Shown here: positions 25,845-38,208 of the stretch, piece after piece
How the letters are laid out: each line of letters opens with the position of its first letter
Position numbering within the stretch: the stretch's first letter is position 1
Assembly: GCF_006345805.1 (NCBI RefSeq)
Contig: NC_043001.1
Location: 127,844,001 to 127,908,000 of the forward strand
Reading direction: 5' to 3'
Source of the DNA: Octopus sinensis
Lineage: Eukaryota
DNA length: 64,000 nucleotides
The notes under the pieces: generated by a model
What the model saw: the letters and a program-made list of their open reading frames with translations, nothing else
Database searches by the model: none
Told to the model about the DNA's origin: nothing
Made by a program: the position numbers and the translations under genes

Positions 25845-26226
25845 TTCTTTAACTTGTTTCAGTCATTTGACAGCGGCCATGCTGAAGCACCACCTTTAAT
25901 CAAGCAAACCAACCCCGGGACTTATTCTTTGTAAGCCCAGTACTTATTCTATCGGTCTCTTTTGCCAAACTGCTAAGTGACGGGGACATAAACACACTAG
26001 CATCGGTTGTCAAGCAATGCTAGGGGAACAAACACAGACACACACACGTATATATATATATACGACGGGCTTCTTTCAGTTTCCGTCTACCAAATCCACT
26101 CACAAGGCTTTGGTCGGCCCGAGGCTATAGTAGAAGACACTTGCCCAAGGTGCCACGCAGTGGGACTGAACCCGGAACCATGTGGTTGGTAAGCAAGCCA
26201 CTTACCACACAGCCACTCCTGTGCCT
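25845..26226 (-). mobile_element. SINE family A
   Basis: Family consensus match. Confidence 0.88.
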
Positions 26227-26411
26227 ATATAGATATATTATACAACAAACCTCATTTTCCATCTATTATTTCCATTCACCAGATATTGGTTGGCTTGAGG
26301 CTACATATATGACTGGCCTGAGGCTTATACATATAAGCATAGCTGTGTAGTTAAGACATTCACTTTCAACAAACAGAGTTTGGAGTTCAGTTCTACTGTA
26401 TGGCACCTTAA

Positions 26412-26629
26412 CCCTTTAGCATTTAAACCGGCCATATCTGGCCAAAAGTATTCTGCCTGTTTTATGTTCAAACTGGTCAGATCTGGTCTCTCACACCAAC
26501 CCTACAATATCATTTTAAAAATTAACTACCTCATCAAAATCTCATAGCTACAAGATTAATGAATGATTAGTTCAAAACAATGTGGATAAAAAGGATTAAG
26601 TTTGGCAGAATAATGTGAACACTAAAGGG
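26412..26629. mobile_element. piggyBac-type MITE (family P2) nested in an old family A SINE
   Basis: TTAA|CCCTTTAG...CTAAAGGG|TTAA; SINE sequence resumes on both sides; related pieces near 12605-12820, 15848-16014, 16612-16730 and 30470-30645. Confidence 0.85.
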
Positions 26630-27190
26630 TTAAACAAATGATTTCTACTATAGTCCCAAGGCAATCTAAGCCTTGTGAGAGGGTTTGGTAGACAGAAACT
26701 GAAAGATGTCCATCGTTTGTGTGTGTGTGTGTCACTCATATAGAAGCAGTGTCATCATTTTCAGTCTCCTGTGAAAACATGTCTAGCCATGAAGAAATAT
26801 TACCTTATTTAGAAAAAGCTCAGGGTCGGTGACAGGAAGAGCATCTGGGTGTAGAAAGTTCATTTCAACAAATTCCATCCAACTCATGCCAGCAGGGAAA
26901 AGTGGACATTAATATGATGATGATGATGTGTGTGTTTGTGTTTCTTGGTTATGACAACATATAACAGTTGTAAGCAAATGACACCATTATAGAAGCAGTA
27001 TCATTCATTTCCAGCTGAGAAACAAGGGTTGGTGATAGGAAGAGCATCTGGCCAGAGAAAAATCTGCTTCAATCAATTTTGACTCATGAAAGTATGGAAA
27101 ATACATGTTAGAACAATGATGATAAAACATATATATACACACAACCATGCTAGCATGGAAGGTGGACTTTAAATGATGATGATGATGATA

Positions 27191-28911
27191 CAGGGTGGGA
27201 GGAAAGTAACTAGGCAATCAGAAACTGCTTATAGAATTTTTAATATCACTGAAGTCAAGAGGAAAACATTTTTTAAACAGACAACACTAATGGGGATTTA
27301 TTATTTTCTTATTGGTCTTATTTCTTATTTTTTCAAATGGCTGGTCACTTGACTGTCCAGGAATGAGCTAAGATGGTAGCACACTATGAAGTGTGGAATT
27401 CCATTGTTTTGGTTCAGAGATGGTGGCATGCATGGAAAGGTAAGCCTGCAACACTATGTCCAGAGACAATAAAAAGTTGTCATGTAATGCTGATGACCAG
27501 AGGCTCTGTGAACTATGCAAAAACAAGTGGCTGTCCAACCACATCCAGATCAGCAAAGAACATGGCAACAGTGCAGGAAATGTTTAATTGCAGTCCGCAA
27601 AAATCAACATGTCGAGCAGCTTGCGAAAGTGGACTAACAAGACACACAATGTGGATGGAATGGAAGCACTCCGTCGGTTCCGACGACGAGGGTTCCGGTT
27701 GATCCGAATCAACGGAACAGCCTGCTCGTGAAATTAACGTGTAAGTGGCTGAGCACTCCACAGACACGTGTACCCTTAACGTAGTTCTCGGGGATATTCA
27801 GCGTGACACAGAGAGTGACAAGGCCGGCCCCTTGAAATACAGGTACAACAGAAACAGGAAGTAAGAGTGAGAGAAAGTTGTAGTGAAAGAGTACAGCAGG
27901 GATCACCACCATCCCCTGCCGGAGCCTCGTGGAGCTTTAGGTGTTTTCGCTCAATAAACACTCACAACGCCCGATCTGGGAATCGAAACCGCGATCCTAC
28001 GACCGCGAGTCCGCTGCCCTAACCACTGGGCCATTGCGCCTCCACAGACACACAATACAGTGTTGCATAAAGAATTGAATTTTCGTCGGTGGAAACCCCA
28101 TTATGTGCAGGAGCTAAAACCTGGAAGTTGTGACCGCAAAATGGAATATGGAGAGTTCAATGCTAGGTTGGCATGAAGATTGGCCTGAATTGTTTGAAAA
28201 CATCTTCTGGAGTGACAAGGTTGTATCCCATGTTAGTGGTTTCATCAATCATCACAACTGCCATTACTGGACATCGTGTAATAAGGATTTGAACATGACG
28301 GTCGAGAGGATGCAAGCTTGACCAAAAGTGACCAGTGTGTGAGGAATGACAGCAACGAGTCTTTAGACTGTATATGACACCATGAATATGGGCCGCTATC
28401 TTCAGATGCTTGAAAATTACCTGTGGCCCCCAGTGTCTGGCTGGGATAACATTGGTGACCTGATATTCATGCAGGATGGTGCACGACCCCATTTTGCTCT
28501 TACTGTGCGTGCATGATTAGACCAACATTTTCCAGGCCATTAGATGGGACGATGCGAACCCCATGAATGGCCTCCAAGAAGTTCACATCTCACTCCACGT
28601 GATTTTTACCTGTGGGATTACACAGAAGAGAAGGTATACAAGACAAAATTTCACACACAGGAGAATGTGGAGACACGGATTCAGGAGATTCTCAATGATA
28701 TCCCAGACGATGTCTTCAGAAATTTGTTCATTCCATCCCTGGCCGTTTGAGGAAACTGGTCGACGCCACCAGTGCTAATGTTGAAATATGAAGATTTACT
28801 TTCATTTTCTCATGTAATAAAGAACATGTATCATTTGTTTCAATAACTTTATAAAAGGAATATGGATTTTTTTACCAATTTTTAATGCCTACTTACTTTT
28901 CACCCATCCTG
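27191..28911 (+). mobile_element. Tc1/mariner-superfamily transposon (rosa/DD41D-like), decayed and interrupted by a SINE
   Basis: TA-flanked imperfect TIRs cagggtgggaggaaagtaa / ttacttttcacccatcctg; motifs FWSDK, FMQDGARPH, WPPRSSHLTPRDFYLW. Confidence 0.85.
27651..28045 (-). mobile_element. SINE family B (tRNA-derived, OR-like), full length
   Basis: 11-bp TSD agacacacaat (27640-27650, 28046-28056); A and B boxes; (TTCCA)n tail. Confidence 0.92.
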
Positions 28912-29430
28912 TATATAATAAATATATATACTATGTGGTATATAGAAGATATTTTCATAAGAAAGAAAAGAATATCTAATTTCATTTGAACAGATGTGTT
29001 ATTCACTATGATTGAAAAAATTGTCATGCTTGGCTGTGTGGTTAAGAATTTCACTAGGCAAGCATATGATTCTAAACTTGATTCCACTGTAAGTGTATTT
29101 TACCACTGTTTTGAATGGACTAATGCCCTGTGAGTAAAATTTGGCAGATAGGAGCTGTGAAGAAACAGCGAACAAAAATACCTGGTGGTATTTATTCCAC
29201 TCAAGATGCACAAACACTCCCTTGTAACACACTCCAGTGAAAATGAAGTGTACAAGTGACTGAGCCCAGTGGTTGTGTGGTAAGAAGCTTGCTTACGGAA
29301 ATGGCTCTGGGTTAAGTCCCACTGCGTGGCACATTGGGTGTCTTCTGCTATATCCTTGGGCCAACCAAAGCTTTGTGAGTGGATTTGGTAGATGGAAACT
29401 GAAAGAAGCTCGTCGTATATATATATATTC

Positions 29431-29627
29431 ATAAAGGGAAAGTTTACAAAAATAAACAAAAGATGAAGGCAGGTGGAGTACAAACAAACAAATGTATTAG
29501 TATAGCGCTCAGGAATAGAAATAGAAAAAGTCTTTTATGTTACGAGCCTACGCTCTTCGACAGAAAGATACACAGAAAAAAAACAAGGAGAGAAAAAAAT
29601 GTGTGTAGGAGCTAACGATCTATCATG
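29431..29627 (-). mobile_element. About 190-bp hammerhead-bearing repeat, copy 1
   Basis: Homologous to 30011-30205 and 50522-50710. Confidence 0.8.
29531..29568 (-). ncRNA. Minimal type I hammerhead-like motif (mutated copy)
   Basis: TCTTT CTGTCGA A GAGC GTAG GCTC GTAA C ATA AAAGA. Confidence 0.55.
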
Positions 29628-29651
29628 GCGTCCTCCATGATAGATTTCACT

Positions 29652-29982
29652 ATATATGCATATATGGGTACAGGACATCACCAACAGTAAACAACATGAA
29701 ATACGAAAACAAATAAGTGAAATTGCACAAAAAAACAAGAAAAAATGGAAAACAAGACAAATAATAGAAAGAAGGACCCTTCATCAGTTGTTGGCTGTCT
29801 ATCTACTCCTCATTTCGAGCAATCAACGACAATGGAGAGTTGATAGACAGCTGACGACTGATGAAGGGTCATTCTTTGTATTACTTGTCTTGTTTTTCAT
29901 TTTTTGTCTCTTTATCTGTGTATTTAATTCATTTGTTTTCGTATTTCATGTTTACTGTTGGTGATGTCCCGTACTTATATAT

Positions 29983-29990
<8 letters not shown>
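29652..29990. repeat. Large imperfect foldback with about 155-bp arms
   Basis: ggacatcaccaacagtaaac...gacccttcatcagttgttggctgtctatc pairs with gatagacagctgacgactgatgaagggtc...gtttactgttggtgatgtcc; loop of about 20-30 nt. Confidence 0.85.
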
Positions 29991-30010
<20 letters not shown>

Positions 30011-30013
<3 letters not shown>

Positions 30014-30205
30014 ACGGAAGGTTTACGAAAATAAACAAAAGACGAAGGCAGGTGGAGTACAAACAAATAATGTATTAGTATGGCGCTCAGGAATAGAAAT
30101 AAAACAAGTCTTTTACATTTCGAGCCTACGCTCTTTGACAGAAAGATACACAGAAAAGAAACAAGGAGAGAAAAAAATTGCATGTAGGGGCTAACGATCC
30201 AACAT
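30011..30205 (-). mobile_element. About 190-bp hammerhead-bearing repeat, copy 2
   Basis: Direct repeat of copy 1, 580 bp away, in (TA)n. Confidence 0.8.
30109..30146 (-). ncRNA. Minimal type I hammerhead-like motif (mutated copy)
   Basis: TCTTT CTGTCAA A GAGC GTAG GCTC GAAA T GTA AAAGA. Confidence 0.55.
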
Positions 30206-32069
30206 ATATATATATATTATTTATATTATTATTTAACTGAATGCCATGCATCCATTTCCAAGTAAGTTTTTATATATATGTCTCTGTGTTTGTCCCCCCA
30301 CCATCGCATGACAACCGATGTTGGTGTGTCTACATCCCTGTAACTTATTGGTTCAACAAAAGAGACCGATAGAATAAGTACTAGGCTTACAAAAAATAAG
30401 TTCTGGGGTTGATTTGTTCGACTAAAGATGGTGCTCCAGCATGGCCACAGTCAAGTGCCAGCAATATCCAACCCAAATATTTTACCTATTTTATGTTAAA
30501 ATAACTGACTGCTCACTTCTCTCAATGTCATTCTAATAATAAACAATAGCATCAAAATCTTGAAGCCACAAGATAATGCACAATTAATACAAAAAAAATG
30601 TGAATAAATGTTACATTTGACAGAGTGATCTGAATGTTAAAGAGTTAATGCAAAGAAAATAAGTTTAAGCATCTTGATTAGCAAACATTGTTTAGCTTAT
30701 GACTTTTAATGTTAACCCATTTTGAATCTCAGTTTCAAATTTGAATTTACAGCTTCACTGACACCTTGTTGTTACATAAATAACACAAGGTTTCATTTGA
30801 TAAAACCTCTTTCATAGTTTTAAATTGTATTCTAAACACCAACATAATATACCAGTGGAAAAAAAAAAAAGACGTATTTTACTAAACCCTTTGAAAATTT
30901 AGAAAAACATATAGGCAGTGAATTATCATTAATAATACAGTCAAGATCAGGTTAATGTAACTCTGTGACATTAAGTAAAGAGGAACTTCGAATGACAACA
31001 AAACATTATTTCAGATTGTAAACTGGAGGTACCCAGAGATAGTCAGTTACTTTATGAGTATTTGGTGAATCCCATAACAAACTGGCTCAGTGCTTTCACC
31101 TGAGACTTTATCTATAGCAAGTCAGCTCAGTGAAGCATGTACCACCTTCACAAGCTAAATCCACAACAGGATTTGAACTTGGCACTGGAAATTAAACACT
31201 TGATAATTTTGAAAAAAAAAAAATATATATATATATACCTGAACTAAACTATTTCTGGATTGCCTCCTCCCACAAAGGTTCATCATCTCCCAGTACATGA
31301 AAATACTCCTTTGCACTTTCCAATATTTCCTATTCTAGAAACTATTAAGTTTCTTTCAGCTGTAAACTAAGTTGATACTGATAACACCAATAGAGTTCCT
31401 TTGATCAGTTTCTGATGCTTCTATTAAATTGCAATAGGAGTTTGCAGAAAGAAAATATATATATTTATATAATTAAAAAGTTATGAGATATTTTTTAGAT
31501 AAATCAACCTTTCTTATGTTTCTACCTCGGTAATTTTTATATTTTTCATAACTAACCACCTTGGGGTAGAATCCATTAATCTTTGGTCAGTTAATTCCTC
31601 TAGTAGTCAAATACTTTGGATTTGAATAACCTCTGTATGTTCAGTAATGTTTCCTTATCTTCAGGTGCTACCTTTATATATATATATGTGTGTGTGTTTT
31701 GTTTTCATATAAACAATACACAACTATGTTAGCAATGTGTAGAATTTTATGAGTAAACAGGATTATTTTGTCATACCTAAAAACTTTAAAGTTTTTTGTC
31801 ATTGACTTCAGTCAAGCGTACCCGTTAGTAAATCTAAAATAACTTATTTTAGCTTCATTGATAGCCAACAATAAAGCTAATCACACAAACCTTTCAGCTT
31901 TGAAGAAATAATTCTGCTTACCAACAAACAATTATTATATGCTTGCTTTTATGTTATACATAAAACCAGTCAAGCATTCATTAACGATTACCCAATACTT
32001 TTATGAGTATCAAATCTATATTTACAAGAGGTTGAGTGTGTTTCACCAAACAGTGGCTCCATTATATAT

Positions 32070-32447
32070 ACTCTTTAACTTGTTTCAGTCATTTGACTGT
32101 GGCCATGCTGGAGCACCACCTTTAGTCGAGCAAATCGACCCCGATACTTATTCTTTGTAAGCCCAGTACTTATTCTATCGGTCTCTTTTGCTGAACCGCT
32201 AAGTGACGGGGACGTAAACACACCAGCATCGGTTGTCAAGCAATGCTAGGGGGACAAACACAAACACACACATATATATATATACATACGACAGGCTTCT
32301 TTCAGTTTCCGTCTACCAAATCCACTCACAAGGCATTGGTCGGCCCGGGGCTATAGCAGAAGACACTTGCCCAAGGTGCCACGCAGTGGGACTGAACCCG
32401 GAACCATGTGGTTGGTTAGCAAGCTACTTACCACACAGCCACTCCTA
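32070..32447 (-). mobile_element. SINE family A
   Basis: Family consensus match. Confidence 0.9.
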
Positions 32448-33280
32448 TATTCTTGTATAAGATGGAATAGGACTTTTAATCACATCAGTTTCACTAAAAC
32501 TGTTAGAAGTAACAGCTGTAAGTTCAATCTTAGCCTGAAAATATGTTATATATATATAGAAATACAACTCTTGAAGACAACTGGAAAATAAGAAAGATTG
32601 AATGTTAAGGTAGATAAACAGATAAAACACAAATGATGGTGCTAACAATCCAAGAAATCAGCAGCAAGGTGGTTGCAACTCATCTCTAAAAATATAAATT
32701 AAATATTTCAACAGAAAATTGAAAGCAAATTTGAAACCTTGCTGAAAATTTGAATAAACATTTACTACATTGTTGGAAGTTATCGAATTTCAAATGAAAA
32801 AAATATTATGTTCAGCTGTTAAATATTTTAATAACTAGTGTAGTATGATCATGGAGAGAGAGACACACACACATATATATATGTCTATATATATATATAT
32901 AATATATATATATATATGCTTCAAAGTTTAATTTTTGAAAAGTTAGCATACCCTTTATTTAAAATTAGGGTAGAGTATGGGTTGTTAGAACACCCCATTA
33001 GCAATTCAGTTAATTAGTCATAAATAACAACTTAAATGTAAATAGGCAAAAGACAGAAATAACCAGAATGAAAAAATGCTTAAGATTACTATATATTCTA
33101 GAAAAATTCAAAGGAAATTAAAACAAAATAGTTAAAAGTGAAAATTACTTTTTGCCTAAGCTAATTTTAGATCATGAACTTTTCTCACCTTTTAATTCTG
33201 TTGTTAGTCATTAATTAATGTCGTAAAACATAAGATTATTTTCTATTTAGAAAAATGAAGTTTTTCATTCAATATCTTAA

Positions 33281-33500
33281 CCCTTTTGATACCAACCCGG
33301 CTGAAACCGGCTCTGGCTCTGAGTACAAATGTCTTGTTTTCATAAGTTTTGAATTAAAATCTTCCACCAAACCTTAGTCACAATTTATGTTCCTAACAGT
33401 AGCTAAATGGTAACTAAGTTATTTTACTAAATTCTTTATTATATTTGAAGTAATTGAAAGGAATAGAGAGCATCTCAAAATAAATATAGTAACAAAAGGG
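33281..33500. mobile_element. piggyBac-type MITE (family P1)
   Basis: TTAA|CCCTTTTGATAC...GTAACAAAAGGG|TTAA; reverse orientation relative to the 16797 copy. Confidence 0.85.
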
Positions 33501-34702
33501 TTAAATCCAAAAATCCAAACAGATATAACTGTTAATTACCATCAAGGATTCAGTGAGGAATGAAAGAGAAACTGCCTAAATTGGTAAACTTTCATATCTT
33601 CCCATATTTATGTAATCCACTGGCTTCTCAACATTAGATACAAATGTTGAGTTCTAATGTAACAGATTCACCTGCAGCTTTCCTTGGGTGATGGAGAACG
33701 AATAATTTTGATGACAACAAATGGTTCTATTGCACAAAGTTGTGTACTTGTTCCTCATCTTTACAGAGCTAAATGAAGAGATGCACAGAATTGTGTCCTG
33801 TCTAGTGATGCAGTAAATCATCCACAGCAGATATAAACTCAGAGACTTAAGTTAGAGATCTTATCTCTTAAGCCGTTTTGCCTTTATGGGGATGAGTGAG
33901 ACAAGTACAAAGAAACTATAGATAACAGAAATTTGTTGAAGCTTTATCATTCCCACCATGGACTACAACTGTTTAAACTCATGTCACTACTTAATAAGGC
34001 ATAAGGCTAGCATATTTGAGGGGTGGAGTCGATCAATTTCATTAAATCCAGTACTTCGCTGGTACTTTATTTTATCCACCCAAAAGGATGAAAGGCAAAG
34101 TTGACCATGGTGGAATTTGAACTCACAATGTGAACAGCCTGTCTCCAAGGGATGTGTACATCATAAAGATCAATGCTTAGCTTGTTTCATAATGATAGAT
34201 AGATGGAATACAATGTACTTTGAGAAAAGATGGTCTGCTATTATAGATACCATTTGCAAAATTCCTTGTGATTTTGAACACATAATACATGAACTAGCAA
34301 ACTAATACCTTTCCACTCAGCAACTTATCTGATGAAAGTGTAAGCAAAACTTATATTACATCACAAAGTATTTTCTTCATACTTTGTCAATTAAGTATTT
34401 TTTCTGAAAGGAAAACTAATATCTTGTGAAGTTTTCTCCAGTGATAGGAAATGAAGATTATGTTTGAGTAAATAAAAGAATATTTGTTAATCAAATAGTA
34501 AAGAACTATTGGTTAGGTACAAGCTGCACATATGTGTGTTAAGGCATGTTAAATGATGAAATTGTAAAGGTGGTAACACAACTAGAGTAACGCCCCTTCC
34601 CTATAGATATTGCATATACAGGTAATGCACGAAACTCTGTAGAGGTAGCTGAAGAACAATTAGGTTTTAAATTAATACAATTTATATATATAATATATAT
34701 AA

Positions 34703-34736
<34 letters not shown>

Positions 34737-35820
34737 TTATGTATGTGACAAATATAATAAAATAATATTCATTTTCTTCATTGGAATGTCTTTACTTTAA
34801 TGGATATGCTTACCTCATTGAGGAAGTAAGAATGTACAAAATCAAAACCAGAAATTCAGAAGACAAAAAAAAAAAAAAAAAAGACAAAGAAAAGAGAAGT
34901 GGTGCTTCACCATGAAGATTTGGGTGAGTACACCTGGTTACTGCTTCAAACTAAGTTGTACTGCTTTTAAATCAATCATTCCACTCCTTTGGTACAGGTT
35001 TCAAATTATTTATTTCCTGGTTTATGTTTTCAATTTGTCTGTCTTTTGTTCATGAAAAGCAAAAAATGAAACATTTTTTTTCCTTTCTCCAGCAAGGTTG
35101 AGTTGATATAGTCAGAAAAGTATGAGATATAAAAAATACTTGCTAGGAGAATGAAAACAAAAAACAAAAAAAAAAGTTCTTTATCAGCTCTATCTTTCTT
35201 TTGGTAATTTTTCCTATGAATTCAAAAATTTGTAGTGTTGTTTATTAAAGTTGTAATTGTGAAAAAAAATGCTTTTTCAAGTAATGTTGTTATTTTAACA
35301 CCAACTCAAACTTCACTGCTGTCACATAAAATATGAATTATTGAGAAGCATTAAAATAAAGTTGTCTTTGATTTTTGATCAAGCATATTTCATTGTTTGT
35401 TTATCCCCCACAAAATTGGACAGAGCATTGTTGTTGTTACTACTACTGTTGCTGTTGTCTTTTTTTTAAAGTTGAGAAAAGAGAGGAAGGGAATGAAATT
35501 TATAGAAGAAACAATGAGTATGGATTGGCAAGGAGAAAACATTAACTGAAATGTAAGGTAAAAGTGCAAGAGAACTGGATTATGAAAATTGGAAGGAAAT
35601 AGGAGGGGGTGGGAAAGACAAAAACTAGAAAAAAAAAATTTAATCATTAAAAGGAATTGGAGAGCATGGGAGTAGGGGAAATTAAGGCATTTAAAAAAAT
35701 AAATGAATCTTTAGTCTTTGCTGCAATCTGTAGATGCTGAATTTGTATGTTTATGTAGAAGGGTCTGACAATTATACTTTTCTTTTTCTTTTTTTTTTTA
35801 AATGTGAGAGAATTGTCACA

Positions 35821-38208
35821 TTATTTGACAAGTCCAGCTTTCTTAGCCTCAGTCTCATAGATGAGTAACCTCCACATCTTGACAACAAACACCTCAGCTT
35901 CTTCATCAAGAACCATGGCTACGTCATTCAAGATGCTCTGCGGAGAACTACGTCCAATTACCTTTTGGCAAATAAAGTCAGTTAAAGTGGGCTCCTCCTC
36001 ACCAATGTATTCCACTATTTTCTTATTTACCCAAGGTCTAATGCGCTTGTTCATAAGAGTTTGGTCCACTGTATTCCAGTCTAAATGATAAGAGAACAAT
36101 TCATCCTTCCCTGTTGGAATTTGCTCAATAAGCTTTTTGATCAACTGTCTCTTTTCTTCGGCTGTGGTTGTTTTCTTTTCGGATTTCTCTTCATCATAAT
36201 CTAATGGAACAAGTTTGCGCTTTTTCACTACATCCGTGCTGTCATCATCTTGACTGAAAACATCACCAACAGTTATCCTTTTCTTTTTGAAAGAAGTGTT
36301 TTCACTAGGACTGTCTGAACTTCCAATTTTTATTGAACTAAAACCAATTTTAGCAGGTTCATCTTTAGCATTCGATGAAATGCTTGGTTCCATGTTACTG
36401 TCCAGGTTTTTGTGAAGAGGTCTATCCATACCAGAAGATGGGCTTTTGGAATTGTTGGCGATGGAAGGGATTTCAACAGGTTTTAATGTTGGTTGCATTT
36501 TTGGTGGAGGACTACGTTTGATCTCCATTATCTCGCAATCACCTTTAGGTTCTTTCCTGGGACTTGGAAGAGGTGGAGTTCGGGGTTTCTTAACAGGAGA
36601 AGGTGACTGGGGAAGTAAGTGAAGCCGAGGTTTCAGGTGTTCATCTCTTTCCTGTTCCATTTTAGCAATTTCGGCTTCAGCATCTTCATGACCTTCTTGT
36701 AAGAGTCGCAATCGGATTTCCTCTAATTCTTCCTTTTCTTTCTGTCTGTCTCTAGCATCTAATTGCTTTTCAACTTCTCGTTCACTAAGTCGACGGGCAA
36801 GAGCACTACCTTTGTAAAACTTTGGATCATCTCGCAAGTCATCATAGTCTTCCAGGAACTCTTTCAGACGTCGAGCTTCTTTAGACTCTTCAGCTTTACG
36901 AGCGGATTCACGTTCTCGTTCTTTATCATATTCTCTCATACGCTTCTTTTCACGGAGCATCCAGTTCTTTAACCGTTCCTGGTATGCTGCTTCTTTCTCA
37001 CGGAATTTCTTTTCCAGCTTACGTCTTTCCAAAGCTTCTTCCTCTTCTTCAAAGTCTCGACCACGACCCCGACGATCTCTGTCCTTTGACCTTTCCCTTG
37101 ACCGGTCTCTTGATTTTTCTCTGGATCTTTCTCGAGATTTATCCCTCCTGGACCGTGACCGTGATTCAGATCTAGACCTAGATCGTGTTCGGGAAGAACT
37201 TCTAGAATGGCTGCGATCTCTTTGGAAAACTTTACTTTTATGAACTTTATCCTTCCGTGCTCTGGAATCGTCGTGTCGTCTTCGACTGCTTGACTGAGAA
37301 GTACTTTCACGGTTTCGATTCTCTTTATCATTTACTTCCTCATCTTTATGAAGATCTCGGAAGCTCTTAATTTCTCTGTTGATAATATTTTTGGTGTCTT
37401 CTTCCAGCTCCATATCATCAAGACCCTTATCGGCCTGAATTTTTTCTTCCTTATTTTTCCTGTGCATACCTTTACCGTCTTTCTCTTTCTCTGCAGGTGG
37501 CTCTTTAGCCAAATCGTCAGCAAATTCCCTGAGAATAGCATCCAGACCTGCTTTGATAATACTATCTTCACATTTAGTGCTATCGTCAAGACCATCACCG
37601 TTCGTAGTCTCCGGTGTTTCCTGTTCAGATTCCTCTCCTTCTTCCTTTTTCTCCTTCTCTTTCTCACCATCCTCTTTCACCTTTGCCTCAGCAACCTTCT
37701 CATCGCTCTTTTTCTTCTCGTATTCATCTAGCAAAGTTTTAGTTTTAGCATCAACTTTCACAACTAACTTTTTATCAGCAATTTCAAAATCATTTAAAAG
37801 CCTGATACACCTGAGTGTAGCTTCAGGATCTTCATACTCACAAAATCCGAAGGCTTGCATTTTCCCGGATGCTCCTTGTACCCGTTTCCAACTCAAAACG
37901 TCGCCGCATTTCTGTAGCATTAGTCCAACCATCGCATCTGGCGCTCTGTCGCTGATGTTACCCACAAATACTGTCGTTACTGGTGGTTTGTCTTTCTTTT
38001 TGTCATTTACTTTATTTTCTATCTTTTTTGGTTTACTTTGAGTCAATGTAGAAGTAGAACTTGTACTTACGATTGGTCGTATAACAGGAGGTATGAGTCC
38101 CATCGGACTAACAGATACCATACCCATTGTTGGAAAAGTATAGCCTTGTGTCATCATACCAGGTACCATAGGTGGCATTCCTATAGGTTGCCGAGGTGGT
38201 AAAGACAT
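35821..38208 (-). CDS. RBM25: RNA-binding protein 25 (RBM25/RED120, Snu71-like U1-associated splicing factor), single-exon CDS of 795 aa
   Basis: Uninterrupted ORF. Pro/Met-rich N-terminus (MSLPPRQPIGMPP), RRM (VFVGNI...KMQAFGFCEY), long RE/RD/RS-rich middle, C-terminal PWI domain (RIRPWVNKKIVEYIGEEEPTLTDFICQKV...MWRLLIYETEAKKAGLVK). The first ATG is at 38208; the track's start at 38256 is a non-ATG codon. Confidence 0.95.
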   Translation of the reverse strand: MSLPPRQPIGMPPMVPGMMTQGYTFPTMGMVSVSPMGLIPPVIRPIVSTSSTSTLTQSKPKKIENKVNDKKKDKPPVTTVFVGNISDRAPDAMVGLMLQKCGDVLSWKRVQGASGKMQAFGFCEYEDPEATLRCIRLLNDFEIADKKLVVKVDAKTKTLLDEYEKKKSDEKVAEAKVKEDGEKEKEKKEEGEESEQETPETTNGDGLDDSTKCEDSIIKAGLDAILREFADDLAKEPPAEKEKDGKGMHRKNKEEKIQADKGLDDMELEEDTKNIINREIKSFRDLHKDEEVNDKENRNRESTSQSSSRRRHDDSRARKDKVHKSKVFQRDRSHSRSSSRTRSRSRSESRSRSRRDKSRERSREKSRDRSRERSKDRDRRGRGRDFEEEEEALERRKLEKKFREKEAAYQERLKNWMLREKKRMREYDKERERESARKAEESKEARRLKEFLEDYDDLRDDPKFYKGSALARRLSEREVEKQLDARDRQKEKEELEEIRLRLLQEGHEDAEAEIAKMEQERDEHLKPRLHLLPQSPSPVKKPRTPPLPSPRKEPKGDCEIMEIKRSPPPKMQPTLKPVEIPSIANNSKSPSSGMDRPLHKNLDSNMEPSISSNAKDEPAKIGFSSIKIGSSDSPSENTSFKKKRITVGDVFSQDDDSTDVVKKRKLVPLDYDEEKSEKKTTTAEEKRQLIKKLIEQIPTGKDELFSYHLDWNTVDQTLMNKRIRPWVNKKIVEYIGEEEPTLTDFICQKVIGRSSPQSILNDVAMVLDEEAEVFVVKMWRLLIYETEAKKAGLVK

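Noticed and set aside
34329-34352. CTGATGA motif (others near 10362, 13739, 27492 and 44734)
   Set aside because: No stem II followed by GAAA and no closing stem I, so not hammerheads.
35777-35799. A-rich run just after the RBM25 stop as the retrocopy poly(A) scar
   Set aside because: No upstream AATAAA or TSD, and such runs are common here; weak support at best.
36763-38041. Antisense and alternative-frame ORFs within RBM25
   Set aside because: Shadows of a low-complexity purine-rich CDS.
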